Shown piece by piece: positions 18,317 through 27,748 of a DNA stretch of 29,615 nt. A program made the position numbers and the translations under genes. The number at the start of each line of letters is the position of its first letter. Position 1 is the stretch's first letter. The notes under the pieces are model-generated. The model worked only from the letters and a program-made list of their open reading frames with translations. It did not search any database and was not told where the DNA came from. Origin of the DNA: a virus (lineage: Duplodnaviria; Heunggongvirae; Uroviricota; Caudoviricetes); IMG/VR virus record IMGVR_UViG_2654587686_000021, positions 1-29,615 of that record; one strand, written 5' to 3'.

Positions 18317-19522
18317 TTACGCCACTGCAATCTTCAGCAGTTTGATGGCCTGCGAATCGACCAGCATGCCGCCGGTGCGTTTGGTGGTATAAAAACCGAC
18401 AAACGGTTTATTGGTGTACGGGTCACGCAGAATGCGGGTGCCGATACGGTCAACGATGGTGTAACCCCGTTTGAAGTTACCAAATGCAATGGCTTTCGCA
18501 TCAGCGGCGATATCCGGCATCTGTTCGTTTTCAGCGATACCGTAACCCGCCAGAGAGGACGGCTGCCCCAGCTCCAGCCCCGGACGCCACAGATAGTTAC
18601 CCTCGCTGTCTTTCAGCAGACGGATGGCAAACAGGCTATTGTTGTTCATCATGAACTTCGCGCCTGTGCGGTGTGCCTTACGCAGCGTGTAAATCAGTTT
18701 GATAATGGCGTCTGCGGTCACCGCCGTCGCGTCGCCGGATACAATATGCTGAAGTTTGCCGAACGCCCGGACCTTATCGGTTTCATCCGTGGATTCATAC
18801 GCCAGGAACCCTTTCGGCTTCTTGGTACCATCGCCGGTGGTAAAGGCAATTTCTTCCTGTTCGGCAAATTCGGTTGCCAGCTCGCTGTTGATCCATGCTT
18901 CCACGTTGAAAAAGGCATCATCCAGCATTTTCTGGGTGGCCTGCGGGTTACCGTAGATTTCCCCCATGAAAGGTTCAATCAGGCCCAGTTTTGAGGTGGC
19001 AGTCTGGGAGCGCGCGTCAGTCTCACCAACCCATCCGGAAGCCGTGCCGCCCAGATTCACCAGTTTTTTGTAGTCGGAACCACCAACGGTGATCACCGTG
19101 GCTTCCTGGCGCATCACCACTTCATCTTTCAGCAGGGTGAGAATGTTGCGATCCAGTGCTTCCGGCATGGCATAGCCGCCGTCTTCATCGGTGCCCACCT
19201 GTAATGCCTTGCGCTCCAGATCGCGCAGACCATCTTCACGGCCTTTACGCAGGAAGCCCACAAACGCTTCTTTATGCTCGGTGGCCAGTTTATTTTGCGC
19301 ACCACCTGCCGGACGTTTCAGCTCAAGCAGCTCTTTTTCAAGATCGCTTTTGAGGTTTTCCAGCTCGCTGAGTTTCCCGTTCAGGGTTTCCACCTGCCCG
19401 GCAAGCTTGCCTTTTTCCTGCTCAATCGCATCCACGCGCTTGTCGTTCTTTGCTTTGAAGTCGTCAAACTTCTGCTGCAGCTCCTGCGCGACCTGTTCGA
19501 CATCTTTAATATCAACCGCCAT
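18317..19522 (-). CDS. Major capsid protein, HK97 family (with N-terminal scaffold-like coiled coil)
   Basis: 401 aa, coiled-coil N-terminus (..KLSELENLKSDLEKELLELKRPAGG), directly after the prohead protease. Confidence 0.85.
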   Translation of the reverse strand: MAVDIKDVEQVAQELQQKFDDFKAKNDKRVDAIEQEKGKLAGQVETLNGKLSELENLKSDLEKELLELKRPAGGAQNKLATEHKEAFVGFLRKGREDGLRDLERKALQVGTDEDGGYAMPEALDRNILTLLKDEVVMRQEATVITVGGSDYKKLVNLGGTASGWVGETDARSQTATSKLGLIEPFMGEIYGNPQATQKMLDDAFFNVEAWINSELATEFAEQEEIAFTTGDGTKKPKGFLAYESTDETDKVRAFGKLQHIVSGDATAVTADAIIKLIYTLRKAHRTGAKFMMNNNSLFAIRLLKDSEGNYLWRPGLELGQPSSLAGYGIAENEQMPDIAADAKAIAFGNFKRGYTIVDRIGTRILRDPYTNKPFVGFYTTKRTGGMLVDSQAIKLLKIAVA

Positions 19523-19536
19523 CGTATTTCTCCTGA

Positions 19537-20223
19537 TTAGAAGTTCAGATTTTTCAGTGCATTCAGTGCAGAGCCCACATCCTCAGCGTCGCGCAGGGAC
19601 AGTGCGCCATAGCCCCCGGCCATGAATGCTTTGGCCTGGGTACGGGAGAGTCCGACATCACGCAGGACTCTTTCGATTTTTTTCTGTTCGGGGATTTCCC
19701 CGCGGGCCAGTGCGTTCTTGACGTCGCTGATCCGCGCCTCGTCGTTAGACGGGAACGTCACCAGGCTGACTTCCCAGAGGTCAATTTCTTTCAGCAGAAA
19801 GGCTTCTTTGCTCCGGTCGTATTCCCAGTCTTTCAGGACGTACCCAATAGAAAGGCCGGTTAACGAACCGGCCTTCATGTGTGCATGTGCGCGTTTTGCG
19901 AGGGGATCATCATCAATAAGCAACCGTCCCCTGACGTAAAGCCCGACATCGTCTTCCTTCATTTCAGTGTAAACACCGATGGGTTCATCCATGCGGTGCT
20001 GCCAGAGCAGCGCAGGTAACGCTTTTCTGTCACTCCACGCCCGCAGGGAAGCAGCAAATGCCCCGGACATCACCACATCATCGTGGCTGTCCTTTACACC
20101 AAAGACGGAGCCATACCCTTCAAACTCACCGGAGTCACTGACAGATTTCAGACTCAGCGGTACATCAAGACGTTGTTTCGTCTGCATTGGCGTTATCCTT
20201 CTGCTTACCGGCTTTACTGCCAT
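19537..20223 (-). CDS. Prohead maturation protease, HK97 family
   Basis: 228 aa between portal and capsid genes. Confidence 0.8.
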   Translation of the reverse strand: MAVKPVSRRITPMQTKQRLDVPLSLKSVSDSGEFEGYGSVFGVKDSHDDVVMSGAFAASLRAWSDRKALPALLWQHRMDEPIGVYTEMKEDDVGLYVRGRLLIDDDPLAKRAHAHMKAGSLTGLSIGYVLKDWEYDRSKEAFLLKEIDLWEVSLVTFPSNDEARISDVKNALARGEIPEQKKIERVLRDVGLSRTQAKAFMAGGYGALSLRDAEDVGSALNALKNLNF

Positions 20224-21406
20224 CGGAGGGTTCCGTGGTCATGTTCATCGGTGTGAGATAGACATCACCACCGGGTCGTGGATTCATATCTTCCAGGTCG
20301 CGGCAGTCATTGGGAGAGTAAATTCCCCAGTTGATCCCGGTGGCGTAGGCTTCAAAACGGGACTTCATATCCCCGCGCAGTAACGCCCCGGCGTTAAATT
20401 TGGCGTAATAAACGCCCTGCTTACTTTTTCGTACCAGTCCGGTGTTGATCCGCTGTTCGATGCGGGTCAGATACGGCACCAGTGAATAGTTGATAAATCC
20501 CAGCCCCAGCTCTTCGATATTGTTGAAGGTGGCGCGATCGGTGTTCTGCACCATGTGCAACGGCACCCGGAACAGACGACAGATTTCTTCAAGCTGAAAC
20601 TTGCGGGTTTCCAGGAACTGGCTGTCCTCGGCGTTCAGCGCCATCGACTTCCAGTCCAGCCCCATCTCAAGGATCATCGGGCGGTGAGCATTGCCAAGCC
20701 CGGTGTGACGCTCCTCAAAATCTTTCTTCAGGCGCTCATAAGCCTGATCTGACAGCGTCTGCTCTGTACGCAACACACCCGACGTCACCGCGCCATTGCT
20801 GAACAGTCTGGCCCCGTGCTCTTCGGTCGCTGCCGCCAGCGATATTGCCTCGCGGGCATAGGCGATGGGATTCAGCCCCACCAGTCCGTCCAGCGTCAGC
20901 GTGCGCACATGCCAGATATCCTCCTGGCTCAGTACATCCGTGGAGCCATCCGGGAATGTGACCTGATAGACCGGCTCCCAGCTACTGTTAAGCTTCGGTA
21001 CCACACAGCCGGGATCGACGGGCAGCAGTTCAGCCACTTCGCCAAATGCTTTCACTTTGTAGGCGTAAAAGTTTCCCCGCAGGCACAGACAGGTGACCAC
21101 CAGCTCCCAGAACTCCTGCGGCGTCATATAGCCATTGGGATGCGTGGAGATCAGCTTATGCAGACGTTCGCCAGCGGCTCTCTGCTTCAGACTGCCGTTC
21201 AGGTGATACAGGTTGCAGGGCAACATCCCGACCGACTCCGCCAGCACCCTGACACAGGAAAAAACCGCCGTCAGTCGCATGGCCCGCTGGCTGCTGATCT
21301 GCTTTCCGGTATAGGTGTCGTAGGACAACCCGATAGCATCCGCCAGCTCTGCTGGCGTGGTCATCGGTGCGTCACTTTTTCGTTGAAATAATCCCGAAAA
21401 GAACAC
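20165..21406 (-). CDS. Portal protein, HK97 family
   Basis: 413 aa following terminase large subunit. GTG start overlaps the stop of the preceding small ORF, with GGAGG upstream. Confidence 0.85.
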   Translation of the reverse strand: MFFSGLFQRKSDAPMTTPAELADAIGLSYDTYTGKQISSQRAMRLTAVFSCVRVLAESVGMLPCNLYHLNGSLKQRAAGERLHKLISTHPNGYMTPQEFWELVVTCLCLRGNFYAYKVKAFGEVAELLPVDPGCVVPKLNSSWEPVYQVTFPDGSTDVLSQEDIWHVRTLTLDGLVGLNPIAYAREAISLAAATEEHGARLFSNGAVTSGVLRTEQTLSDQAYERLKKDFEERHTGLGNAHRPMILEMGLDWKSMALNAEDSQFLETRKFQLEEICRLFRVPLHMVQNTDRATFNNIEELGLGFINYSLVPYLTRIEQRINTGLVRKSKQGVYYAKFNAGALLRGDMKSRFEAYATGINWGIYSPNDCRDLEDMNPRPGGDVYLTPMNMTTEPSDGSKAGKQKDNANADETTS

Positions 21407-21588
21407 TATTTACCTCCGCCGACAGACGACTGTGTACGGTCAAGATATCGCGCCACCAGCCACGACCAGAACAGGCACAACGCCCCGGCAACAACAAACC
21501 CCGCCGGGGGATAAATCAGCCAGGCACCATACGCCAGCAAAAGCGCCCCCAGCACGCCCACCAGAGGCGCGAGAATCAGCATGATCAT
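21406..21588 (-). CDS. Small membrane protein (60 aa, two predicted TM helices)
   Basis: ATG preceded by GAGG; hydrophobic [26 protein letters not shown]; translationally coupled to portal. Confidence 0.45.
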
Positions 21589-21599
21589 AATTACCTCAG

Positions 21600-23333
21600 T
21601 TAAAGCGAGCGGATCCCATAGGACTCAATGTGGTCAGACAACGTGTCTTCTTTCTCGTACAGCATGGCTCTGCCAACCGCCATAATCAGCGCAACTGCAC
21701 CATCGATTTTGTTTTCCGCCTGCTCTTTGACGGGCTTCACCACATCATCGTTACCCGGAATGGTTTTGCCGACCACGTTGCCGATACACCAGGTCATGAT
21801 GGGATTGCCATCATGATGAAAGCGCCCCGATTCAATTGCCGCTTCCAGCTCTTTCATCGGGTCGGACATGTTGGTGTAGTTCTGAATGATAGTGATGGGG
21901 TTCAGGTCTTCATCAGCAAGGTCATGTGACAACCCGGTCGCCCCGAAGGGGTCGATGGGTGACTCACTGACCGGGCTGATTTTGTTCGCCGCTTTGGCCT
22001 CCTCGAGGATGTAGCGATAATCCACCTCCGCACCATCGGTAACGGTCAGAACGCCCATTTCCACCCATTTCTGAAAGCGTTCGGCTGTCCGGCGATCTTC
22101 ATTTTTCTCGACGCTGTACACCGTGTCATACGGTACCCAGAAACGCGGGGCCACACTGTAGTAATGCGTTTTACCATCAATCTCGCGGGTATAAAGTCGC
22201 GCCATGCTGTTCATATCCAGCTTACGCGCCAGGTCAAAGGCCAGAATGCACGGCTGCCCCTCGAACTGCTCAAGGGTCAGTGATTTATCCTCGCAGCTCT
22301 GCCAGCTCACCAGGTTGAAATACGCCGAACGCGCCGACACCCAGATATTGAGGTGTTTTGTTTTAAAGACGTTTGCCAGACGGGCGTTATTTTTCGCACG
22401 CTGCTGCTGACTTAACAAAAATTCGCGATAAACCGACACGCCAATATTTGGATTGGCTTTTTCCAGCACCTGCGGGTCGGTCCAGTCGTCACCTTCATCA
22501 ACGGTATAGATGATCCCGAACAGTTCATCGTTAGGCACCGAGCCGTTGAGCATCTCGATGACTTCCCGCCGTTTGTCGTAGCACGGCCCCTCAATGTTGT
22601 ACCCGGCGGTAGTGATAGCCCACATCAGTGGCTGACGTCGCGCCCCCATCCCGGTAAGCATCGTGGTGTAAAGCGCATCTGTGGCGTGCTCGTGATATTC
22701 ATCCACCACCGCACAGTGGGGTGATGAACCATCACCGGGGTTACCGATCAGCGGTTCAAAACGCGCACCATCCTCCGGACGGTTCATGTTTGAGGCGTTA
22801 ACCTCAATCCCGAACGCTTCCGTCAGCATGGGTGTGCGTTTACACATCAGTCTTGCCGGACGAAAGACTTCCCATGCCTGTTTCTCCGTCGTGGCACCGG
22901 AATACACTTCCGCGCCGAACTCGTTATCACAGGCAAAACAATACAGGGCGACACCGGCAGAGATTGCCGATTTGCCGTTCTTACGGGGGATTTCGGTATA
23001 CACCTCACGGAAGCGGCGCAGCCGGGAGCCTTTATTGACCCAGCCAAACGCGCAGCAGATCACAAAGAGCTGCCACGGCTCCAGCGTGATGGGCATCCTC
23101 TTAAATGCCCACTCACCCTTGGTGTGCGGCAACAGCTGAATAAATTTCGCGGCCCGTTCAGCCAGGTCCTTGTCGAAGCGGTAACGAAACGACTTACTTT
23201 TTTCCTCCATCAGGTCATCAAGATGGCGCTGGCAGGCCTGAATCACAAACTGGCAGGCCACAATCTTTCCGCGCACGACATCACGGGCATACTGATTGGC
23301 AGCATTTACGTTGGGGTAAGATTTCCGGCTCAT
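21600..23333 (-). CDS. Terminase large subunit
   Basis: 577 aa downstream of the small terminase with overlapping stop/start. Confidence 0.88.
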
Positions 23334-23833
23334 GATTCGATGATTTTCAGAAACGGGTTAGTGGCTTTCTTCTGCCCCGCCAGGCCAATCAGACGCTGGC
23401 GGCTGCTGGGGTCGAGTCCGAGCATTGCCCCCGTACTGCTCATCTCGGACTCCTGTTCTTTTTTGGCGGTCAGCTCCGGATTTTTGACCATACCGCCCAT
23501 TGCACCGGTGATGGTGTTGCCCTGTCTGGCAATATTTTTCACGGCACGTCGCCAGAACTCGTAGGCCACGCACCACCGCTCAAGCACCGCGAGGTCAGTC
23601 ACGCACAGCAGGCCCTGACCGCAGAGTTCTTTAGTTGTCAGTTGCCACATGATCGTAGCGAGAGGGAGATCTTCTTCAGCGAACCACTCCGGTGGCTCAA
23701 CACCTTTGATGGGCGTAAAAACAGGTTCATCTTTATTCAGGGCTCGCTTGCCGGGGTTTCCGGCCTGCGCCTTGCGCGCCGTTGGCTTGGGGCGACGCCC
23801 GGAACGCCCCGCCGTTCCAGCCATATGCGGCAC
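23330..23833 (-). CDS. Terminase small subunit (P27 family-like)
   Basis: 167 aa, basic N-terminus [34 protein letters not shown], upstream of large terminase. Confidence 0.8.
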   Translation of the reverse strand: MPHMAGTAGRSGRRPKPTARKAQAGNPGKRALNKDEPVFTPIKGVEPPEWFAEEDLPLATIMWQLTTKELCGQGLLCVTDLAVLERWCVAYEFWRRAVKNIARQGNTITGAMGGMVKNPELTAKKEQESEMSSTGAMLGLDPSSRQRLIGLAGQKKATNPFLKIIES

Positions 23834-23874
23834 TCCTGGTTAAATTTCATTTTTCGCGGGTATAAAAAAACGAT

Positions 23875-23923
23875 GGGGCGGGCAGTCCGGAAGACGTCAG
23901 GTCACAGGGATGTGACCCGCCCC
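23875..23923. repeat. GC-rich nested palindrome in the HNH-terminase intergenic region (candidate cos element)
   Basis: ggggcggg ... cccgcccc outer inverted repeat enclosing ggtcaca-ggga-tgtgacc. Confidence 0.35.
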
Positions 23924-23949
23924 TCCCCTCAGACAGTTGAGAGTTATTA

Positions 23950-24300
23950 TCACTTTAACCGTTCACGGGCCGTCTTCGCCTTATGACACGGCCAACACAG
24001 ACTCTGCAGATTACAGTCGGCATCAGTGCCGCCATGCGCTTTAGGGATGATGTGGTCAACGGTTTTCGCCTCACGCACCACACCGGCACGCAGACATAAC
24101 TGACATAAACCTTTGTCACGCTTCAGCACACGCGCGCGGATAGCGTCCCACTTCGAACCATAACCGCGCTGATGACGGGACTGACCTGGCTTGTATTGCT
24201 TCCAGCCTTCGCTTTTGTGGCTTTCGCAGTAGCCTGACGGGTCTGTGGTTGTAGAGCGGCAGCCGCGAACACGGCAGGCTTTTGGGGTTCGTGGTGGCAT
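23950..24300 (-). CDS. HNH endonuclease (terminase-associated)
   Basis: CxxC ... HIIPKAHGGTD ... N ... CWPCH motif; immediately upstream of terminase small subunit. Confidence 0.85.
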   Translation of the reverse strand: MPPRTPKACRVRGCRSTTTDPSGYCESHKSEGWKQYKPGQSRHQRGYGSKWDAIRARVLKRDKGLCQLCLRAGVVREAKTVDHIIPKAHGGTDADCNLQSLCWPCHKAKTARERLK

Positions 24301-24311
24301 TGGTAAGCTCC

Positions 24312-24344
24312 AATAAAAAAGCCACCATCGATTGCTAGTGGCTT
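24312..24344 (-). terminator. Intrinsic terminator after moron gene (stem aagccac/gtggctt, then T-tract on minus strand)
   Basis: Minus strand reads aagccac tagcaatcgatg gtggctt followed by ttttttatt. Confidence 0.55.
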
Positions 24345-24379
24345 AGCATCTACTAATGTTACTAATGTGAAGAGTAGGT

Positions 24380-25138
24380 TTATTTTTTCTTCTTATTTAA
24401 CTTATCTAAATTGACGGGATCTTTCCCTGTGGCAGCTAAACACCAAAAAGAATAACTCTTTTGCATGACATAGGTTCTAATTCTCTCTAATGTTTCATTA
24501 TATTTTTTCTCAACAACCTGTATCGCATGTTCAAATAAATTAATCATATCAACATGCTCGTCCTCGACACCAATCATGCTCAGTTGTTTTCTATCTGTCA
24601 CTGCTTGATAAAATGTTTTCCCATTTTTCCTTATTAGTAACAATGAAGTTTCTGCTGACTCATAGTCTTGGTTGCCGCTATGTGCTGCAAAATTATGCCT
24701 GTAGTTAATAATACAGTCATGCAACCCAAAATATTCAGAATCAAGCCAATCACGCTCCATCTTTAACTTTCTCCCTTTAGCTTCAGAGAAAGCTTTACCA
24801 TAAAACGTTAGGCTTGCCACAAATAACGCTCTAATTTCACTTGATAAATCTAGATCAAGTATATTCCCGTATAACTTGCCATCTGTCCTTAATTCGTTTC
24901 TCCCTGCCAGTTCATTAGCTATTTGGTACCACTCTTTAGCACTTTTTAAGTCCCTATGAATTAGGGACAGTGAAGATGCTCTATCGGCAATACGCCCACT
25001 CAATTTTATGCGATCTACAATTTCATTATTGAATGTATAAACCGCTTTAAATTCCCCCGTTTCGGAATCAATATAATATTCAACATCTAACCCTTCATAT
25101 GATTCACACCCGGGACCTTCTAATTTTTTTCTTTTCAT
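24380..25138 (-). CDS. Hypothetical protein (AT-rich moron between lysis cassette and packaging genes)
   Basis: 252 aa from the first ATG (ORF-track start 25162 is a TTG). No motif I recognise; AT-rich with Lys-rich termini; own terminator downstream. Confidence 0.6.
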   Translation of the reverse strand: MKRKKLEGPGCESYEGLDVEYYIDSETGEFKAVYTFNNEIVDRIKLSGRIADRASSLSLIHRDLKSAKEWYQIANELAGRNELRTDGKLYGNILDLDLSSEIRALFVASLTFYGKAFSEAKGRKLKMERDWLDSEYFGLHDCIINYRHNFAAHSGNQDYESAETSLLLIRKNGKTFYQAVTDRKQLSMIGVEDEHVDMINLFEHAIQVVEKKYNETLERIRTYVMQKSYSFWCLAATGKDPVNLDKLNKKKK

Positions 25139-25219
25139 ATAGAATATCCATATACGTTTCAATTCTCAGTCAGCATAGTAGAAAAAAAAGATGTCCAGAT
25201 CCATACATCGAAAGCAATT

Positions 25220-25684
25220 TTATTTTTCACACTGACTAGAGATATAGTCCTGCAATGCTCTTATCTGTTTATAACTGATTTCAATTCTCTCTCTGAGGGT
25301 GAAATAATCCCGTTGAGCGGTGTCAGTAAGTCGGGGGGCGGTAGCATCATCCAGGCTGGTGGTAATGGTCGTTGATTGCACTCTCGGGCAACTAGCGGCG
25401 AGGAACAGCCGCTTAGTGCCAACAGCAACATCACGCTGAAGCTGTTCAATAGTTGCTTTAGCATTTGCAAGTTCTCCGGTGTATTTCGCATCGAGCGCAG
25501 AAACATCACGCTGGCGCTGCTGCATCTCAGTAATGGTGGCGTTCGCCTGGCTGAGTTTTTCCTTCGCTTTATCGCGCTGTTCTTTGTAGGCGATGGCGTT
25601 ATCACGATAATGATTAACAGCCCATGATAGGCAGACGATGGTGCAGATAACCAGAGAGGACAGAATCGCAGTTACTCTACTCAT
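25220..25684 (-). CDS. rz: Rz-like i-spanin
   Basis: [31 protein letters not shown]...[10 protein letters not shown] closely matches lambda Rz. Start set at the MSRVT methionine (25684) rather than ORF-track 25732. Confidence 0.85.
   Translation of the reverse strand: MSRVTAILSSLVICTIVCLSWAVNHYRDNAIAYKEQRDKAKEKLSQANATITEMQQRQRDVSALDAKYTGELANAKATIEQLQRDVAVGTKRLFLAASCPRVQSTTITTSLDDATAPRLTDTAQRDYFTLRERIEISYKQIRALQDYISSQCEK
25261..25464 (-). CDS. rz1: Rz1-like o-spanin lipoprotein embedded in the +1 frame of Rz
   Basis: Internal frame encodes [22 protein letters not shown]...[24 protein letters not shown], with a lipobox (LSGC) and the proline-rich Rz1 signature. Exact start (25464 or 25431) uncertain. 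Confidence 0.7.
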   Translation of the reverse strand: MLKQLLNSFSVMLLLALSGCSSPLVARECNQRPLPPAWMMLPPPDLLTPLNGIISPSERELKSVINR

Positions 25685-26159
25685 ATAGCTGAATTTCTCT
25701 GACCGTTCCGCCCGATTCTTTGAATTTTTCAATCAGGCTGTCAACCTTATGTTCGAACTGACCATAACCAGCGCCCGGCAATGACGCCCAGATATTGCTG
25801 CAACGATCAATAGCCTGACGGATATCGCCGCGATCAATCATCGGTAAAGCACCACGCTCTTTAATCTGCTGCAATGCCACAGCATCCTGGCTTTTTGGAG
25901 AGAAGTCTTTCAGCCCAAGCTGCTTACGGTAAGCATCCCACCAGCGTGAAAGAAGCTGATAACGTCCTGCGGCTGTTGATTTAAGTTTCGGGTTTAGCGT
26001 GACAAGTTTGCGAGGGTGATCGGAGTAATCAGTGAACAGTTCACCTCCGACAATAACGTCATAACCGTGGTTACGTGTCGGTTGTCGCCCGTTATCCGTT
26101 CCTTCTGACCATGCCACCATATCGAGGAAAGCTTTACGCTGGGAATTTAGTACCTGCAT
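25677..26159 (-). CDS. R: Endolysin, lambda R-type lytic transglycosylase
   Basis: [64 protein letters not shown] is near-identical to lambda R as I recall it. Confidence 0.9.
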   Translation of the reverse strand: MQVLNSQRKAFLDMVAWSEGTDNGRQPTRNHGYDVIVGGELFTDYSDHPRKLVTLNPKLKSTAAGRYQLLSRWWDAYRKQLGLKDFSPKSQDAVALQQIKERGALPMIDRGDIRQAIDRCSNIWASLPGAGYGQFEHKVDSLIEKFKESGGTVREIQLYE

Positions 26160-26162
26160 AAA

Positions 26163-26489
26163 TTACTCCTTAGAGCCACCAAACTTATTACCGATTACTC
26201 TCATTGCAGCCCCACGAATAGCATCGACCCCGATCAGCCCAACGCCGCCACCAATGGCAACAGAAAGAGATTTAGGCCATCCGACATACTCAAGAGCGGA
26301 TGCAAAAGTCAGCGTCAGAGCACCACAGAGCAAAATCTCGAGCGTTTTTCGTTTCCAGCCACCACCACCGCCAAAATAGGCAATGCGCAAGCCAGCCATA
26401 ACGATCGACATAATCACTGCGCCCAGCGGTGTGTCTCCACGCCACCAGCTCTGGACCAACTCCAGCCAGGTATTTGGGTTATGAGGCAT
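26163..26489 (-). CDS. S: Holin, lambda S family (class I, three TM segments)
   Basis: 108 aa with three hydrophobic segments and a Gly-rich loop (AGLRIAYFGGGGGW, compare lambda S AYLRGRYNGG); directly upstream of R and Rz. Confidence 0.75.
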   Translation of the reverse strand: MPHNPNTWLELVQSWWRGDTPLGAVIMSIVMAGLRIAYFGGGGGWKRKTLEILLCGALTLTFASALEYVGWPKSLSVAIGGGVGLIGVDAIRGAAMRVIGNKFGGSKE

Positions 26490-26641
26490 TTGTAGTTATC
26501 TCTCACCTCGCTGATACAGCAGGTGCAAATTGAGGGAACATCATGTACCGCAAATCAGAAGCGGAAACATCAAAGAAGCCGAACCGATGGAGAACTGCGG
26601 AATAGGCCAGGACCAACGAATCCCCAGCCACAGAAACGACA

Positions 26642-26663
26642 AAACCCGCTCGACGGCGGGTTT
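26642..26663 (-). terminator. Hairpin plus U-rich tract in the leader upstream of the holin (candidate tR'-like late terminator)
   Basis: aaacccgc / gcgggttt stem with 6-nt loop; the minus strand continues ttttgtcgtttctg. Confidence 0.35.
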
Positions 26664-26740
26664 AAGCTGTGTGGCGAAGTAACCACTCTTAACAGATTAC
26701 AATGTTTTTTGCGGACCGCGCTAATGATTTCCTCTTTTTT

Positions 26741-26770
26741 TTGTTGTATTTTTCACACGGTTGCTAAAAT
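26741..26770 (+). promoter_or_regulatory. Candidate sigma-70 promoter for the plus-strand two-gene cassette
   Basis: ttgttg (-35-like) and taaaat (-10-like) about 17-18 bp apart, 16 nt upstream of the ATG at 26786. Weak prediction. Confidence 0.2.
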
Positions 26771-26785
26771 TATTTCGGATCGATA

Positions 26786-27727
26786 ATGAGTACAGAAAAT
26801 AAGAATAAAACCAGGCGAGTGAGAGTTGGTTTTTTCACTGGTAATGGAAGCAAAAAAGATGGCACATCTGCTGCAAAACTAGCCTTTGAGCAAATGACCA
26901 CAGCAGATACTGTAACTTTTCCAATAACTTACACAACAGACACCCCAAGTCGAGGGTTAAAGTTAGTTATTCTTCAAAAAGATACCACACTGCAATGTTA
27001 CTTTGGTTACGTATCGTGGAGAAGGGAATGCCTACTACCGTTCATCGAGGATGCTACAGGTAGTGAGAGAACAATTCCTTTAAATGATAAAGATTCTGTA
27101 GTTGAAAGAACATATTTTATCTATTACTACGAAACGGACTTATTAGCTATGACCCTCAACCATATAGGGCCCAAAGTAAATGATCTGGCATTCATTTTGT
27201 ATAACAAAACTGATTTAAAAAGCGTCACTTTTGAAGCCATTTGGAAACAAGAGAGCATGAAGGAACTGCTTGAGGACGGAAATATCCTACGTAGTTTCGA
27301 TCTTATAGTTGCTGCTCCAAGAAACTTTAACAAAGCTAATTATAAGATTAAAAACCCTTTAGCTAATGAAATTATTGACATGGTTGTTGGTATGGGCGGG
27401 TCGCATCTAAGATTAAATATGCGAGGTCGGATTCGCCCGAAAAAACAAGGGTTTAACTATCTAAAAACTTCTGTCACCGATGCTATTAAGGAACTACTTG
27501 AACTTTTTCCAAAAGGTTCTGGAGGTCTAAAAATTAAAAAAATTGATGTAACAGAGCCATCCAATAGAACGCCCAAAAGTCTACTTGACCAAGTATTGGT
27601 CAGTACAAAGACAATCATTGTCAAAAGCGGTTATCCATCCGATTCTGATATCAGAACGGCGATGATATCTGCTAAAATTGATAACGCGAACTATCTTGCA
27701 CAGTATGAGCTCGCTAGCAGAGACTAA
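26786..27727 (+). CDS. Hypothetical soluble protein, first gene of AT-rich two-gene cassette (candidate sensor of an abortive-infection/defence module)
   Basis: 313 aa with no recognisable catalytic motif; AT-rich codon usage unlike flanking phage genes; followed 21 nt later by a membrane-protein gene with a strong ribosome-binding site. Confidence 0.6.
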   Translation: MSTENKNKTRRVRVGFFTGNGSKKDGTSAAKLAFEQMTTADTVTFPITYTTDTPSRGLKLVILQKDTTLQCYFGYVSWRRECLLPFIEDATGSERTIPLNDKDSVVERTYFIYYYETDLLAMTLNHIGPKVNDLAFILYNKTDLKSVTFEAIWKQESMKELLEDGNILRSFDLIVAAPRNFNKANYKIKNPLANEIIDMVVGMGGSHLRLNMRGRIRPKKQGFNYLKTSVTDAIKELLELFPKGSGGLKIKKIDVTEPSNRTPKSLLDQVLVSTKTIIVKSGYPSDSDIRTAMISAKIDNANYLAQYELASRD

Positions 27728-27748
27728 TAACCAAGCATGGAGGACACA

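Noticed and set aside
15091-21391. Antisense or alternate-frame ORFs in the head and sheath genes (e.g. 15091-15666, 17001-17838, 18671-18994, 19191-19625, 20816-21391)
   Set aside because: Overlap confidently called structural genes; compositional artefacts of high-GC coding DNA.
22204-23564. Plus-strand and alternate-frame ORFs inside the terminase genes (e.g. 22786-23139, 23124-23564, 23358-23576)
   Set aside because: Embedded in the terminase large/small subunit coding sequence with no supporting signals.
25376-25627. Plus-strand 83-aa ORF antisense to Rz
   Set aside because: The same interval is explained by Rz and the embedded Rz1 on the minus strand; the plus-strand frame has no support.
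26786-27727. Possibility that the Q-S cargo encodes a Shiga-like AB5 toxin, given the locus
   Set aside because: Gene sizes and order (313 aa soluble then 149 aa 4-TM) do not fit an A subunit plus small secreted B subunit, and no signal peptides are present.
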